DNA of 64,000 nt, taken from assembly GCA_963676795.2 (NCBI GenBank), contig CAXXTB010000002.1, positions 2,418,629-2,482,628 on the forward strand, given 5' to 3'. The notes under the pieces are model-generated. The model did no database searches and was not told where the DNA came from. It was given only the letters and a program-made list of their open reading frames with translations. This DNA is from Geopsychrobacteraceae bacterium (lineage in GTDB: Bacteria > Desulfobacterota > Desulfuromonadia > Desulfuromonadales > Geopsychrobacteraceae). Below are positions 1 to 8,602 of the stretch, one piece after another; the stretch's first letter is position 1; the number at the start of each line of letters is the position of its first letter. Made by a program: the position numbers and the translations under genes.

Positions 1-1
1 T

Positions 2-1132
2 TCGATTCTGCTCGCCTACCTGGTCTGGAGCTGGTGTCCGACCGCCGGCGGCCAGGAATCGTCGACCCGCTATATTCAGCTCGACCGTTCAGGACTGGTC
101 GAACCCGATCTGTTCGGTCTGCCACAAGAGCAGCATGCCGAGTGGTACGCCTTCATGGATGACTGCTTCGATGCCTACGCTTCGGCACTCTCCTTCTGGG
201 ACCGGATCGGCAGCGAAAACTTCGAACTGACCGGCATACCGCAGAGCCTTCTCGATGACCCCAGTGACAAGGCCCAAAAGCAGATTGCCCGCATGAAGCG
301 TAACTACGCCTTCGACCGGGCACGCTATTTTCTGCCGGTTGCTGCAAAAACCAACATCATGCTGGTCATGTCATCACGCGGCTGGACCCAGCTCTGCCAG
401 AACCTGCTTTCACACTGGCTGCCTGAAGCACATATGCTGGGTAAAAAAATCAGGGAGGAACTGGAGCTGAGTGCCCCGCGGATGGTCAAACACGCTGAAC
501 AGAAGCCTTCCTACAAGGCCGGCCTCGACAAGGAGTTTGCAATCAACGCCCAGCAAGCCAGGGACATCAAACTGAGCGACGAAGAATCTTCCTGCGATGC
601 AACAACAGAGCTGCTGCTACCGGCGGGAATCAGCGAAGCCGATCTGGTTGAAGCCCTGGCTGAACATGACAACCGTTACGCCTATATCGGCTCCGCGGCC
701 TGCCGGACAGCGGTCCGGGCCAGCTGGAAAGCGATGGCGATTGCCGAAATCCGTGACCTGAACCGGCACAGAACCGGGCAGAAATACTGTCCGCTGATTC
801 CGGTCGGCTTTTATTGCGCCAAGGAACAGTTGCCGAACGGAACGCACCTGAAGGAAAAACATTCCCGGATCGGGGTGCGCTCAACAGCAACCAGTCGCAG
901 CCTGCTGGCAGAGCAAGCTCCGGGCTACGCTGCCTGGCTGCTGCTCGGATCGCAGTTCCGCTTCGAACACACAACCACCCTCGACAAGTTCATCTACGAA
1001 GCCGAGCTGCGTACCGGGACCGGTGCCCACTACAAATACGCTGCTCACCTGCGCGATGCGGTGCTGGCGTTAAAAGATGACTACCCATTGTTATCTGCGG
1101 CGATCCCGCTTGGCACGGCTGAACCGGAATGA
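2..1132 (+). CDS. FAD-dependent thymidylate synthase (ThyX/Thy1)-like protein, long form; 5' end lies outside the window
   Basis: Frame is open from base 2 (SILLAYLVWSWCPTAGGQESSTRYIQ...). It has a QESSTRY motif, DRARYFLP and a second RDLNRHR motif, all resembling Thy1 motifs. Confidence 0.7.
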   Translation, partial: SILLAYLVWSWCPTAGGQESSTRYIQLDRSGLVEPDLFGLPQEQHAEWYAFMDDCFDAYASALSFWDRIGSENFELTGIPQSLLDDPSDKAQKQIARMKRNYAFDRARYFLPVAAKTNIMLVMSSRGWTQLCQNLLSHWLPEAHMLGKKIREELELSAPRMVKHAEQKPSYKAGLDKEFAINAQQARDIKLSDEESSCDATTELLLPAGISEADLVEALAEHDNRYAYIGSAACRTAVRASWKAMAIAEIRDLNRHRTGQKYCPLIPVGFYCAKEQLPNGTHLKEKHSRIGVRSTATSRSLLAEQAPGYAAWLLLGSQFRFEHTTTLDKFIYEAELRTGTGAHYKYAAHLRDAVLALKDDYPLLSAAIPLGTAEPE

Positions 1133-2773
1133 TCAGAGCGATCTGGAGCTGGCCTCAGAAACGGCCTGCTCCAGATCGACAAAACGAAATGGCTTGGCGA
1201 CAGCTGCGGCAAAGCCGTATGACCTGTATTCGGCCATCAACTCATCATTGACATAGCCGCTGGTGACAATAATGCGCGCCTCGGGATTGAGTTTCCAGAT
1301 TTCGCGCGACGCCTGCCAGCCACCGACCCCTTCAGAGACAACCAGGTCCATAACCACCAGCTCCGGCGGGTTGCCTTTATCCAGCTCCTGCTGATAGAGC
1401 TGAACCGCGACGTTGCCATCCGCGGCCTGCAGAATCTCATAACCCATCTCACGCAGCATCTCAGCCAGCATGAAGCGGACGATCTCTTCATCATCCATGA
1501 CCAGCGCGCTGCGGTACTCCCGAGCCGCCTGGTCACTATCTTCAGGTTCTTCTTCGGCAGCAACCCGGGCATCGGGATGAGCCGGAAGAGAAATAACGAA
1601 GGTCGTTCCCTCGCCTAGCCGGGAGCTCACCTCTATCGTCCCGTCATGACGGGCGATGATCGATTGGGTCGAGGCCAGGCCGAGACCCGTTCCGGTTTTC
1701 TTGGTGGTAAAGTAGGGTTCGAAGATATTGGCCAGATCCTCTTTTGCAATACCGACGCCATGATCCTTGACACTGATCTGGACAAAGGGATTCCCTCTGG
1801 CGTCCCTGACGTTATTCAGAGAGAGAGTCACCATCCCCCCGTTAGACATGGCCTGCTGGGCGTTGAGAACCAGGTTGGTAACAACCTGAGTGAGCTGCCC
1901 CTGGTCAGCCAACACCGGCCAGAGGTTCTCATCGGCTTCAAAGACCAGGGAATATTTATCCAGCTTGAGAATGAAGTTCGCACTTTCCCGGAGCAGTTCC
2001 GTCAAGTGTACCAGGTCCTTCTGGCTCTCTTCCCCCCCCTTGGCAAAATTCATCAACTGGCTGGTCAGGGTCGAGGCATTATCCAGAGCCTTCAGGGCGG
2101 AATCAAGCAACCGGGCGGAGACATGTCCTGCCGGAAGCTGCATGCGAGCCATCTCGATATTGCCGAACAGGCCCGTCAGCAGGTTATTGAAATCATGGGC
2201 AATGCCACCGGCAAAGACGCCGAGGGTTTCAAACCTTTTCAGCTGAGTCTGCTTTTCTTCCGCCTCTTTGAGGGCCGTCACATCCTGAACAAAACACTCC
2301 AGATAGGCGTCCTCAGCGGTTCTCCGGATCGAAGCATTGAGCATGACATCGATCTGCACATCGTCAGCCGTTCGGAAACGGGTTTCAAAGGCGATGACCG
2401 ATTCTTCCCGGCGCAGCGCCTCCCATAGAGCCTTATAGCTATTTGGGTCGACAAAAAGATCGGCCAGGGTAGCTCCGGAACAGAGGGTGTCAGCGGTGGG
2501 ATAGCGGCAGAGGGCTACCATGGCCGGATTGGCGACAACAATCCGGCCGTCCAGACGAGCCTGAAAGATTCCACTCAGTGCTTCGGAGAAGATACGTTCA
2601 TACCTGTTTTTCTCTTCCCTGAGTTCCTCCATCTTGACCTGAAGCTCAGGATAGTAGCTCTTACGCGCGGAAAAACTGCCGAGGCCGATAATGCTGTCGA
2701 CCTGATCCTGGGTATCGGCTTCATAATCAGGGTTGGACTCAGAAAAACCTTTGGTATCTTCAGGGCTCGACAT
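1133..2773 (-). CDS. PAS-domain hybrid sensor histidine kinase/response regulator, ErcS/NahK-like N-terminus
   Basis: N-terminal GLGSFSARKSYYPEL segment, PAS domain, H-box AGGIAHDFNNLL, N-box NLVLNAQQAM, DHGVG, FTTK, GTGLGL, C-terminal receiver (VMDDE...VMDL...AKPF). Confidence 0.9.
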   Translation of the reverse strand: MSSPEDTKGFSESNPDYEADTQDQVDSIIGLGSFSARKSYYPELQVKMEELREEKNRYERIFSEALSGIFQARLDGRIVVANPAMVALCRYPTADTLCSGATLADLFVDPNSYKALWEALRREESVIAFETRFRTADDVQIDVMLNASIRRTAEDAYLECFVQDVTALKEAEEKQTQLKRFETLGVFAGGIAHDFNNLLTGLFGNIEMARMQLPAGHVSARLLDSALKALDNASTLTSQLMNFAKGGEESQKDLVHLTELLRESANFILKLDKYSLVFEADENLWPVLADQGQLTQVVTNLVLNAQQAMSNGGMVTLSLNNVRDARGNPFVQISVKDHGVGIAKEDLANIFEPYFTTKKTGTGLGLASTQSIIARHDGTIEVSSRLGEGTTFVISLPAHPDARVAAEEEPEDSDQAAREYRSALVMDDEEIVRFMLAEMLREMGYEILQAADGNVAVQLYQQELDKGNPPELVVMDLVVSEGVGGWQASREIWKLNPEARIIVTSGYVNDELMAEYRSYGFAAAVAKPFRFVDLEQAVSEASSRSL

Positions 2774-2792
2774 AGCAGCGTATCAACTCAGG

Positions 2793-3953
2793 TTACAAGG
2801 CTTCGCGGTAGATAACTTCAAGGTCTGCCTTGCTGGCCCGGCGTGGATTGGTCAGCATACAGGCATCGCTGATCGCTTTTCTGGAAAGATCGGACAGATC
2901 GGCCCCCTTGACCCCCTTGAAGCCCAGGGTATTGGCGACACCCGCGCGCTTTTTCAGATCAAGAACCTGAGCCATCAGTCTGGACTTGATTTCGCGGCTG
3001 TTGAGACCACGCACATCCACCCCGAAGGCTTCGGCGATAATCTTGAACTTATCGATCGATGCGTCATAATTGAAATCGATGACATGTTCCAGCAACATGG
3101 CGTTACATTCCCCGTGAGCGAGATCAAGGAAACCGCCGAGACTGTGCGCCATGGCATGGACAGCACCGAGACTGGCGTTGGAAAAGGCCAGTCCGGCTTT
3201 CATACTGCCGAGCATCAGTTTTTCCCGAAGCTCCAGATCGTTCGGTGTTTTCAACGCTTGCTCCAGGTTGAAACAGACCAACTGAATCGCCTCCAGAGCC
3301 GAGGCATCGGTCAGAACCCCGCTGCCCGTCGAAACATAGGCCTCAACGGCGTGAGTCAAGGCATCGAGAGCTGTGCAGGCGGTCAGGAAGTCCGATTTAG
3401 TCGTAGTTGTCTCCGGGTCGATCAGGGCGACATCCGGAACGATCGCTTTACTGACGATGGCGACCTTCTTGAATTCCTGACGATTGGACAGGATGCAGAA
3501 CTGCGAAACATCCGCCGAAGTTCCGGCCGTTGTCGGCACGAAGATCATCGGCGGAACCGGCTGACAAATCTTGTCAACCCCTTCAAAGTTGAGAATATCA
3601 GCCCGATTGGTCGACACAATACCGATCCCCTTGGCACAGTCCATCGGGCTGCCACCGCCGATCGATACGATGACATCGCAACCTTCCCGCTCGTAAAGAG
3701 CCGCGCCTGCCATGACTTCGGTACTGCGCGGATTCGGCGTCACATCAGCAAAAACCACGTAAGCGATACCGACATCATCGAGGCTTTTCTTGACATCGTC
3801 CAGCCACGGCGTCGCGGCCACCCCCGCATCGGTCACCAGCATAACCTTGGTCGCCATGAATTGTTTCGCATAACGGCCAACAAAGTTCCGTGAGCCGACG
3901 CCAAAGATAATCTCGGGAGCGACAAATTTACGCAGTGCGGACGGTCCAGCCAT
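2793..3953 (-). CDS. iron-containing alcohol dehydrogenase family protein, ErcA-like
   Basis: LRKFVAPEIIFG start, GGGSPMD, PTTAGT, metal ligands in DALTHAVE / HAMAHSLG / HGECNA. ATG at 3953 follows AAGGAG. Confidence 0.88.
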   Translation of the reverse strand: MAGPSALRKFVAPEIIFGVGSRNFVGRYAKQFMATKVMLVTDAGVAATPWLDDVKKSLDDVGIAYVVFADVTPNPRSTEVMAGAALYEREGCDVIVSIGGGSPMDCAKGIGIVSTNRADILNFEGVDKICQPVPPMIFVPTTAGTSADVSQFCILSNRQEFKKVAIVSKAIVPDVALIDPETTTTKSDFLTACTALDALTHAVEAYVSTGSGVLTDASALEAIQLVCFNLEQALKTPNDLELREKLMLGSMKAGLAFSNASLGAVHAMAHSLGGFLDLAHGECNAMLLEHVIDFNYDASIDKFKIIAEAFGVDVRGLNSREIKSRLMAQVLDLKKRAGVANTLGFKGVKGADLSDLSRKAISDACMLTNPRRASKADLEVIYREAL

Positions 3954-4070
3954 AAGAGTCTCCTTCACAAGTCTTCGCAGCATACCCGGAATTCAAGCAG
4001 GTATCGCGAACAGCCCCCCCTGGATCGTATAAATAACAGTATAACAATCGTTGCTCAGAATGCTTTAAAT

Positions 4071-4925
4071 CTATTTTCCCAATGCGCTGATAACGCCACG
4101 CACAGCAGCCGGAATATCCGCCGGCAGCACAACCAGCTTGGCATTGTTCGAATCAGCCATCTTGCGCATCGACTCGATGTATTTCTCACCGAGAATGAAC
4201 ATGGCGGGAAGTTCGTTCCCCTGGATCGCCTGGGTGACATTGTCGATGGCGGTCTGACTGGCCTGAGCGAGGACAACCTTGGCCTCGGCATCGCGCCGTG
4301 AAGCTTCGAGACGTCCTTCCGCCTCAAGAATAGCCGCGGTTTTCTCACCGTCGGCACGGGTAACTGTCGCCCGGCGCTGACGTTCAGCCGCAGCCTGCTC
4401 TTCCATCGCCTTCTGCATCGTCTGCGAAGGGGTGATATCCTGAATCTCGACCGTCTTCAGCGTAATCCCCCAGTCGGCGATATCTTCAGAAATACTGATC
4501 TTCAACTTGGTCTTGATTTCATCCCGTGAAGACAGCGCATCATCCAGGCCCATTTCACCGATGATCGAACGCAGCGAGGTTTGTACCAGGTTCCTGATCG
4601 CCAGACGGTAGTCCTCGACGCCATAGACCGCTTTTTCAGGCGAGACGATATTGATGTAGGCCACGGCGTTGGCGATGATCACAACGTTATCGCGGGTGAT
4701 GACCTCCTGCGAGGGGATATCGAGAACGATATCCTTGGTCGTCGCCTTGTAGGCAACGCTGTCGATATAAGGCACGATGATATTCAGTCCGGGGTTCAGT
4801 GTCTTGTGATATTTCCCCAGCCGCTGAACGACGTGCTTTGAGCCCTGCGGGACAATACGCACCCCCAGACCAATCGTCATGATAACAAGAAACGCCAGGA
4901 CCAGCACAACAATAAGACCAGCCAT
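4071..4925 (-). CDS. SPFH/band-7 (slipin, QmcA-like) membrane protein
   Basis: N-terminal TM helix, RLGKYHKTLNPGL, QEVITRDN, AERQRRA coiled coil. Confidence 0.92.
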   Translation of the reverse strand: MAGLIVVLVLAFLVIMTIGLGVRIVPQGSKHVVQRLGKYHKTLNPGLNIIVPYIDSVAYKATTKDIVLDIPSQEVITRDNVVIIANAVAYINIVSPEKAVYGVEDYRLAIRNLVQTSLRSIIGEMGLDDALSSRDEIKTKLKISISEDIADWGITLKTVEIQDITPSQTMQKAMEEQAAAERQRRATVTRADGEKTAAILEAEGRLEASRRDAEAKVVLAQASQTAIDNVTQAIQGNELPAMFILGEKYIESMRKMADSNNAKLVVLPADIPAAVRGVISALGK

Positions 4926-4955
4926 AAAAACCCCCGTATTATCGGTTAATGATGT

Positions 4956-5417
4956 TCAGTTGATTCGTTTTTCGACGACCAGTGTATTCCCGGAAATATC
5001 AATAACATAAACCCGATCACCGACAGCAACCTCCTGCTGGCAGTAAAAGGGCCATTCCTCCGAACCGAGCAGCGGAGTTGCAAAACGGACATAGCCGTTC
5101 TGGTTTTCAACGGGCGCCTTGATGACCTGCCCGCTCTCGCCCAGAATCGCTTCTTTGGCCATCCCCGCCTTGGTCCGATCGGCCATGAACGGCTTGAAGA
5201 AACGAAACCAGAGGATGGTAAAAATAACCGATGAGATCACCCAGAGCAGGAGCTGAGCGGTAAAGCCCAGTGCCGGAAAGGCCAGCAGGATCAGTCCGAC
5301 AAGCAGCCCCCCAAGTCCGAACCAGAAGGAAATGAAGCTCGGTAACAGCATTTCCGCAATCAGCAGAATCATGCCGAAGACCAACCAGTGCCAATACAGG
5401 ACCTGAACTTCCATCAT
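4956..5417 (-). CDS. NfeD family (YbbJ-like) partner of the SPFH protein
   Basis: Hydrophobic WHWLVFG..LIAEM N-terminus, C-terminal OB-fold-like GDRVYVIDISGNTLVV; directly upstream of the SPFH gene. Confidence 0.9.
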   Translation of the reverse strand: MMEVQVLYWHWLVFGMILLIAEMLLPSFISFWFGLGGLLVGLILLAFPALGFTAQLLLWVISSVIFTILWFRFFKPFMADRTKAGMAKEAILGESGQVIKAPVENQNGYVRFATPLLGSEEWPFYCQQEVAVGDRVYVIDISGNTLVVEKRIN

Positions 5418-5578
5418 ACCTCACAATTCGCGGTTGAAAAAAAGGGGAACATTTCTGCAGTTTAGCACCATGGTATTCAATGAGTAACAACTGCTGACGT
5501 TTATTCAAGAAGATATTATATAGGAATAATCGATAAATAAACAAAATATAAAATCTTTCTCATGACAATGGAGAAAAT

Positions 5579-5815
5579 ATGAAAAAATTACTTCTCACGG
5601 TTTTCCTGCTTACCATCGGCACATCATACGCCTGCGCGGCGCCACAGGGACCTCCGGCCAATGACGAGCTGGGCAAAGCACTTCAGGAATGTATAGCTGC
5701 GTCCGCCAAGGACTCAAACGGACACCCCGACCGCGCTGCAGTCGATCAATGTATGACTAACAAAGGGTTCCGCAAACCGGCAGGCCGTCCCGGTTCGGAA
5801 CCGCCGCAACAATAA
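5579..5815 (+). CDS. small secreted hypothetical protein
   Basis: GGAG RBS, MKK plus hydrophobic signal peptide, two Cys in the mature part; followed by a hairpin. Confidence 0.75.
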   Translation: MKKLLLTVFLLTIGTSYACAAPQGPPANDELGKALQECIAASAKDSNGHPDRAAVDQCMTNKGFRKPAGRPGSEPPQQ

Positions 5816-5949
5816 GTGCCCCGGAGCCCCGCTCGGGGCTCGCCCATGGCATTCTCTCGTCTTTTCCGGGAAAGACGGCTTGTCGTGCAACTTATCTGCG
5901 CTAAAATATAAGATGTACGCCCCCTTTCGGGACGAAAAAGGAGAGTCGC

Positions 5950-6120
5950 ATGGACAGAAAGCAGACCAACCTTGAAGATTCCCGCGTTTCAGCGCTGCAA
6001 CCCCCACCAAAAATGACTGAAAAGCTCTGGCAGAGCCCCCAGAAAAGCTGCAAAAACTGCCCGTACTGTAACCAGGATGTCGATACCTACCCCTGTGCGC
6101 GGTGTCATACCCGGCATTAG
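5950..6120 (+). CDS. 56-aa Cys-rich small protein (putative zinc ribbon), not in the ORF track
   Basis: Hand translation: MDRKQTNLEDSRVSALQPPPKMTEKLWQSPQKSCKNCPYCNQDVDTYPCARCHTRH*. AAAAGGAG RBS just upstream of the ATG. Confidence 0.6.
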   Translation: MDRKQTNLEDSRVSALQPPPKMTEKLWQSPQKSCKNCPYCNQDVDTYPCARCHTRH

Positions 6121-6229
6121 TCGACAGCTGGTTGAACAAACATAACGGCCTGAAAAAACAGCGCGAAATGAGGGTGAATCTGTTAGAATATTGACGTCTT
6201 CTCCCGACCCAAAATAACAAGAGGCTACC

Positions 6230-7759
6230 ATGTCCAGATTTCTGCTCTCTGTGCTGTTGATTACGCTACTGACCTCGCTCTGTCAGGCCAGTCCCTACCA
6301 GGCCATCCTCTACCCGGAAGGAGCAACCCTCTTTGAGCGCAAAGATCTGGCTTCGGGCGTTGATCAGGCGGTACTCTACCTTCCCCAGGTTGCCCAGCCA
6401 GATTCGTTGCGTGCCAGCCTGGATGACGAGAGCCAGACCAACATCAGCTCCGTCGAATACAGCTCCGTACTCCCTGAAACACAGGATTTCATGCCGCTGC
6501 GCGACAAAATCGCCGCCCTGAAGAAACAGCTGAACGAGCTTGATGATCAGGCTCAGGCCACTCAACTGGTCCTGAGCTACTGGCAGAAGCAGACACCGAA
6601 ACAGGACGCGTCAGTTCAGGAAACCCTGGAGTTAAGCAAGGCCATTCAGGCGCAAAGCCTGGCCCAGCTTCAGACGCTAAGCCGGCTCAATCAGGAGAAA
6701 TCGTCCATCAGGGAACAGATCGCTGAAGCCCAGCGCCAGCTTGATGAACAGACCGGGCAGAACAGCCGGCTGTGGAAAGTCACCCTGCACCTCTCGGCCC
6801 CGTTGAAAAAAGCGACCTCCGTTCATTACGACTACCGAATCCGGCAGGCCGGATGGTCGTCAAGCTACAGCCTTAACGCACTCCCCCGTGAAAAACGGAT
6901 CGAATGGATCTGGAATGGGCAGATTGTCCAGACCAGCGGGCAGAACTGGCCGGAGATCCGTATCCTGGCCGCAACCGCCGAACCTGCATTTTCCCTGACC
7001 CCGCCGGACAACAGCCCCTGGGTTCTCAGTGAGATCAGACCGCAGCCCCGCCCCGCGATGAAGACTCTGGCCAACCGGCAATATGTGGCTGCGGAAGCCA
7101 TGCTTGACGATGAAGTCGCTGCAAGCGCCCCGCGGCCTCAACGTCGGGCTGGACAGATTTTCGACCTCTACGACCTGGGCCGGCTCTCCCTCGCTTCCGG
7201 CAAAGCGGCGATTGTCAATATCCGCTCGGGACGCTGGGCCGCAGAATTTTCTTATCTGACGCGTCCGCTCCAGACCGAGCAGGCCTTTCTGATGGCCGAG
7301 GTGCTTCTCGGCGATGATGTTGTTCCGCTCCCGGAAGGAAACGCCTCCATTCAGCTGGAAGGGGTTCACGTCGGACAGAGGAGTTTTTCACTGGCAGGCA
7401 AGCAGGAACTCAAACTCAGCTTCGGTAACGATCCCGCAATCGCTATCGATGTCAAAACGGCCCATGTCGACGGCAGCGCAGGGCTGCTGTCGAAAAACGA
7501 AACCTACAGCTGGAACTGGAGCGTCACTCTGAAAAACAACAAAAGCATCCCGGTTCACTTGACGGTCGAAGACAGCTTACCGCACAGTAGCCACGACAGG
7601 ATCCTGGTCAAAGAACAATTTACCGAACCGCTGCCGGAAAAGACCGATGACGGCCTGCTCAGCTGGCAGTTTGATCTTGCATCCGGCAATGTGCAGAAAC
7701 TGACCTTCGGCTACCAGGTCAGCTATCCCGAAGATATGCAGATCGACAAGGGACGCTAG
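6230..7759 (+). CDS. DUF4140/DUF4139 (MuiA-like) secreted protein
   Basis: Signal peptide, ILYPEGA, coiled coil, AGWSSSY, QTSGQNW, LSFGNDP, C-terminal YQVSYP. Confidence 0.85.
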   Translation: MSRFLLSVLLITLLTSLCQASPYQAILYPEGATLFERKDLASGVDQAVLYLPQVAQPDSLRASLDDESQTNISSVEYSSVLPETQDFMPLRDKIAALKKQLNELDDQAQATQLVLSYWQKQTPKQDASVQETLELSKAIQAQSLAQLQTLSRLNQEKSSIREQIAEAQRQLDEQTGQNSRLWKVTLHLSAPLKKATSVHYDYRIRQAGWSSSYSLNALPREKRIEWIWNGQIVQTSGQNWPEIRILAATAEPAFSLTPPDNSPWVLSEIRPQPRPAMKTLANRQYVAAEAMLDDEVAASAPRPQRRAGQIFDLYDLGRLSLASGKAAIVNIRSGRWAAEFSYLTRPLQTEQAFLMAEVLLGDDVVPLPEGNASIQLEGVHVGQRSFSLAGKQELKLSFGNDPAIAIDVKTAHVDGSAGLLSKNETYSWNWSVTLKNNKSIPVHLTVEDSLPHSSHDRILVKEQFTEPLPEKTDDGLLSWQFDLASGNVQKLTFGYQVSYPEDMQIDKGR

Positions 7760-7788
7760 GCGTTTAGCGCCGGAAGACAGGAGATGCT

Positions 7789-8142
7789 ATGACCGACGCA
7801 GTCAACGCTGCCGCCGATTTGAGCCCGGGATTGCACAAGGTCCGCTCAAGACGCAGGATCCTCTGGCTGGTGCTGCTGATCTATCTGCCGGCCATGATCA
7901 TTGCCTTTGCCCAGGACAATGCAAAGTTCTGGATGGCTATGACCTTCTGTGTCTGGCTGGTATTGCTGATCGTTGCTGTGGTCATCAACTGCCTGGTGCG
8001 CTGCCCGCGCTGCGGTCAGCAGTTCCATACCCACGGACCAAGCTTTATCCCCCTGCGGCGCTGCCTGCACTGTGGACTCCATGTCAGCGCCGACAAACGT
8101 CCGGATGAAAAACTCCCCCCCGTTCCCGAGGGCAAGTGCTAG
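7789..8142 (+). CDS. hypothetical membrane protein with two TM helices and a CxxC...CxxC zinc ribbon
   Basis: GGAG RBS; two hydrophobic stretches, then CPRC and CLHC. Confidence 0.75.
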   Translation: MTDAVNAAADLSPGLHKVRSRRRILWLVLLIYLPAMIIAFAQDNAKFWMAMTFCVWLVLLIVAVVINCLVRCPRCGQQFHTHGPSFIPLRRCLHCGLHVSADKRPDEKLPPVPEGKC

Positions 8143-8191
8143 CTGATGACACCGCACAAATGCCCTATTGCGCTCAAAAGGCTATCCATTC

Positions 8192-8551
8192 ATGGCAACA
8201 GATCTGAAACCAACCGTCTCGTTCTACGACTCTTTCGCCAAGCTCGATATCAGGGTCGGCAGAATCATTGCGGCAGAGCTTGAAACAACAACCCCAAAAC
8301 CGACCTACAAAATGACCGTCGATTTCGGCAAGTACGGCACCTGGATCAGCTACGGGCGCTTCACCCGGCACTCGCTCGCCGAAGTAATCGGCCGGCAGGT
8401 CCTCGGCGTTCTGAACTTTGAACCGCGCCAGATGGGCCCTGTCGTTTCAGAGGTCTTGATTCTCGGCGTCCAGTATCCTAAAGCGGAAAGCGGTGAGGCG
8501 ACCTTTGTTACACCGGCGGAAGATGCCAAACTGGGCAGCAAACTGTTCTAG
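8192..8551 (+). CDS. csaA: tRNA-binding OB-fold protein / chaperone, CsaA-like
   Basis: FAKLDIRVGRII, VDFG, NFEPRQMGPVVSEVLILG, LGSKLF. Confidence 0.8.
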   Translation: MATDLKPTVSFYDSFAKLDIRVGRIIAAELETTTPKPTYKMTVDFGKYGTWISYGRFTRHSLAEVIGRQVLGVLNFEPRQMGPVVSEVLILGVQYPKAESGEATFVTPAEDAKLGSKLF

Positions 8552-8602
8552 ACCAAGGTTCCAGGAGCTCCCCATCGGAACCATCTGCCTCTTCTGTCTG
8601 CA

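Noticed and set aside
6094..6108. CARCH as a c-type heme-binding motif in the 56-aa ORF
   Set aside because: There is no signal peptide for periplasmic heme attachment; the Cys pattern fits metal binding better.
5714..6231. Minus-strand ORFs 5714-6220 and 5989-6231
   Set aside because: No recognisable motifs or RBS; they overlap better-supported plus-strand genes.
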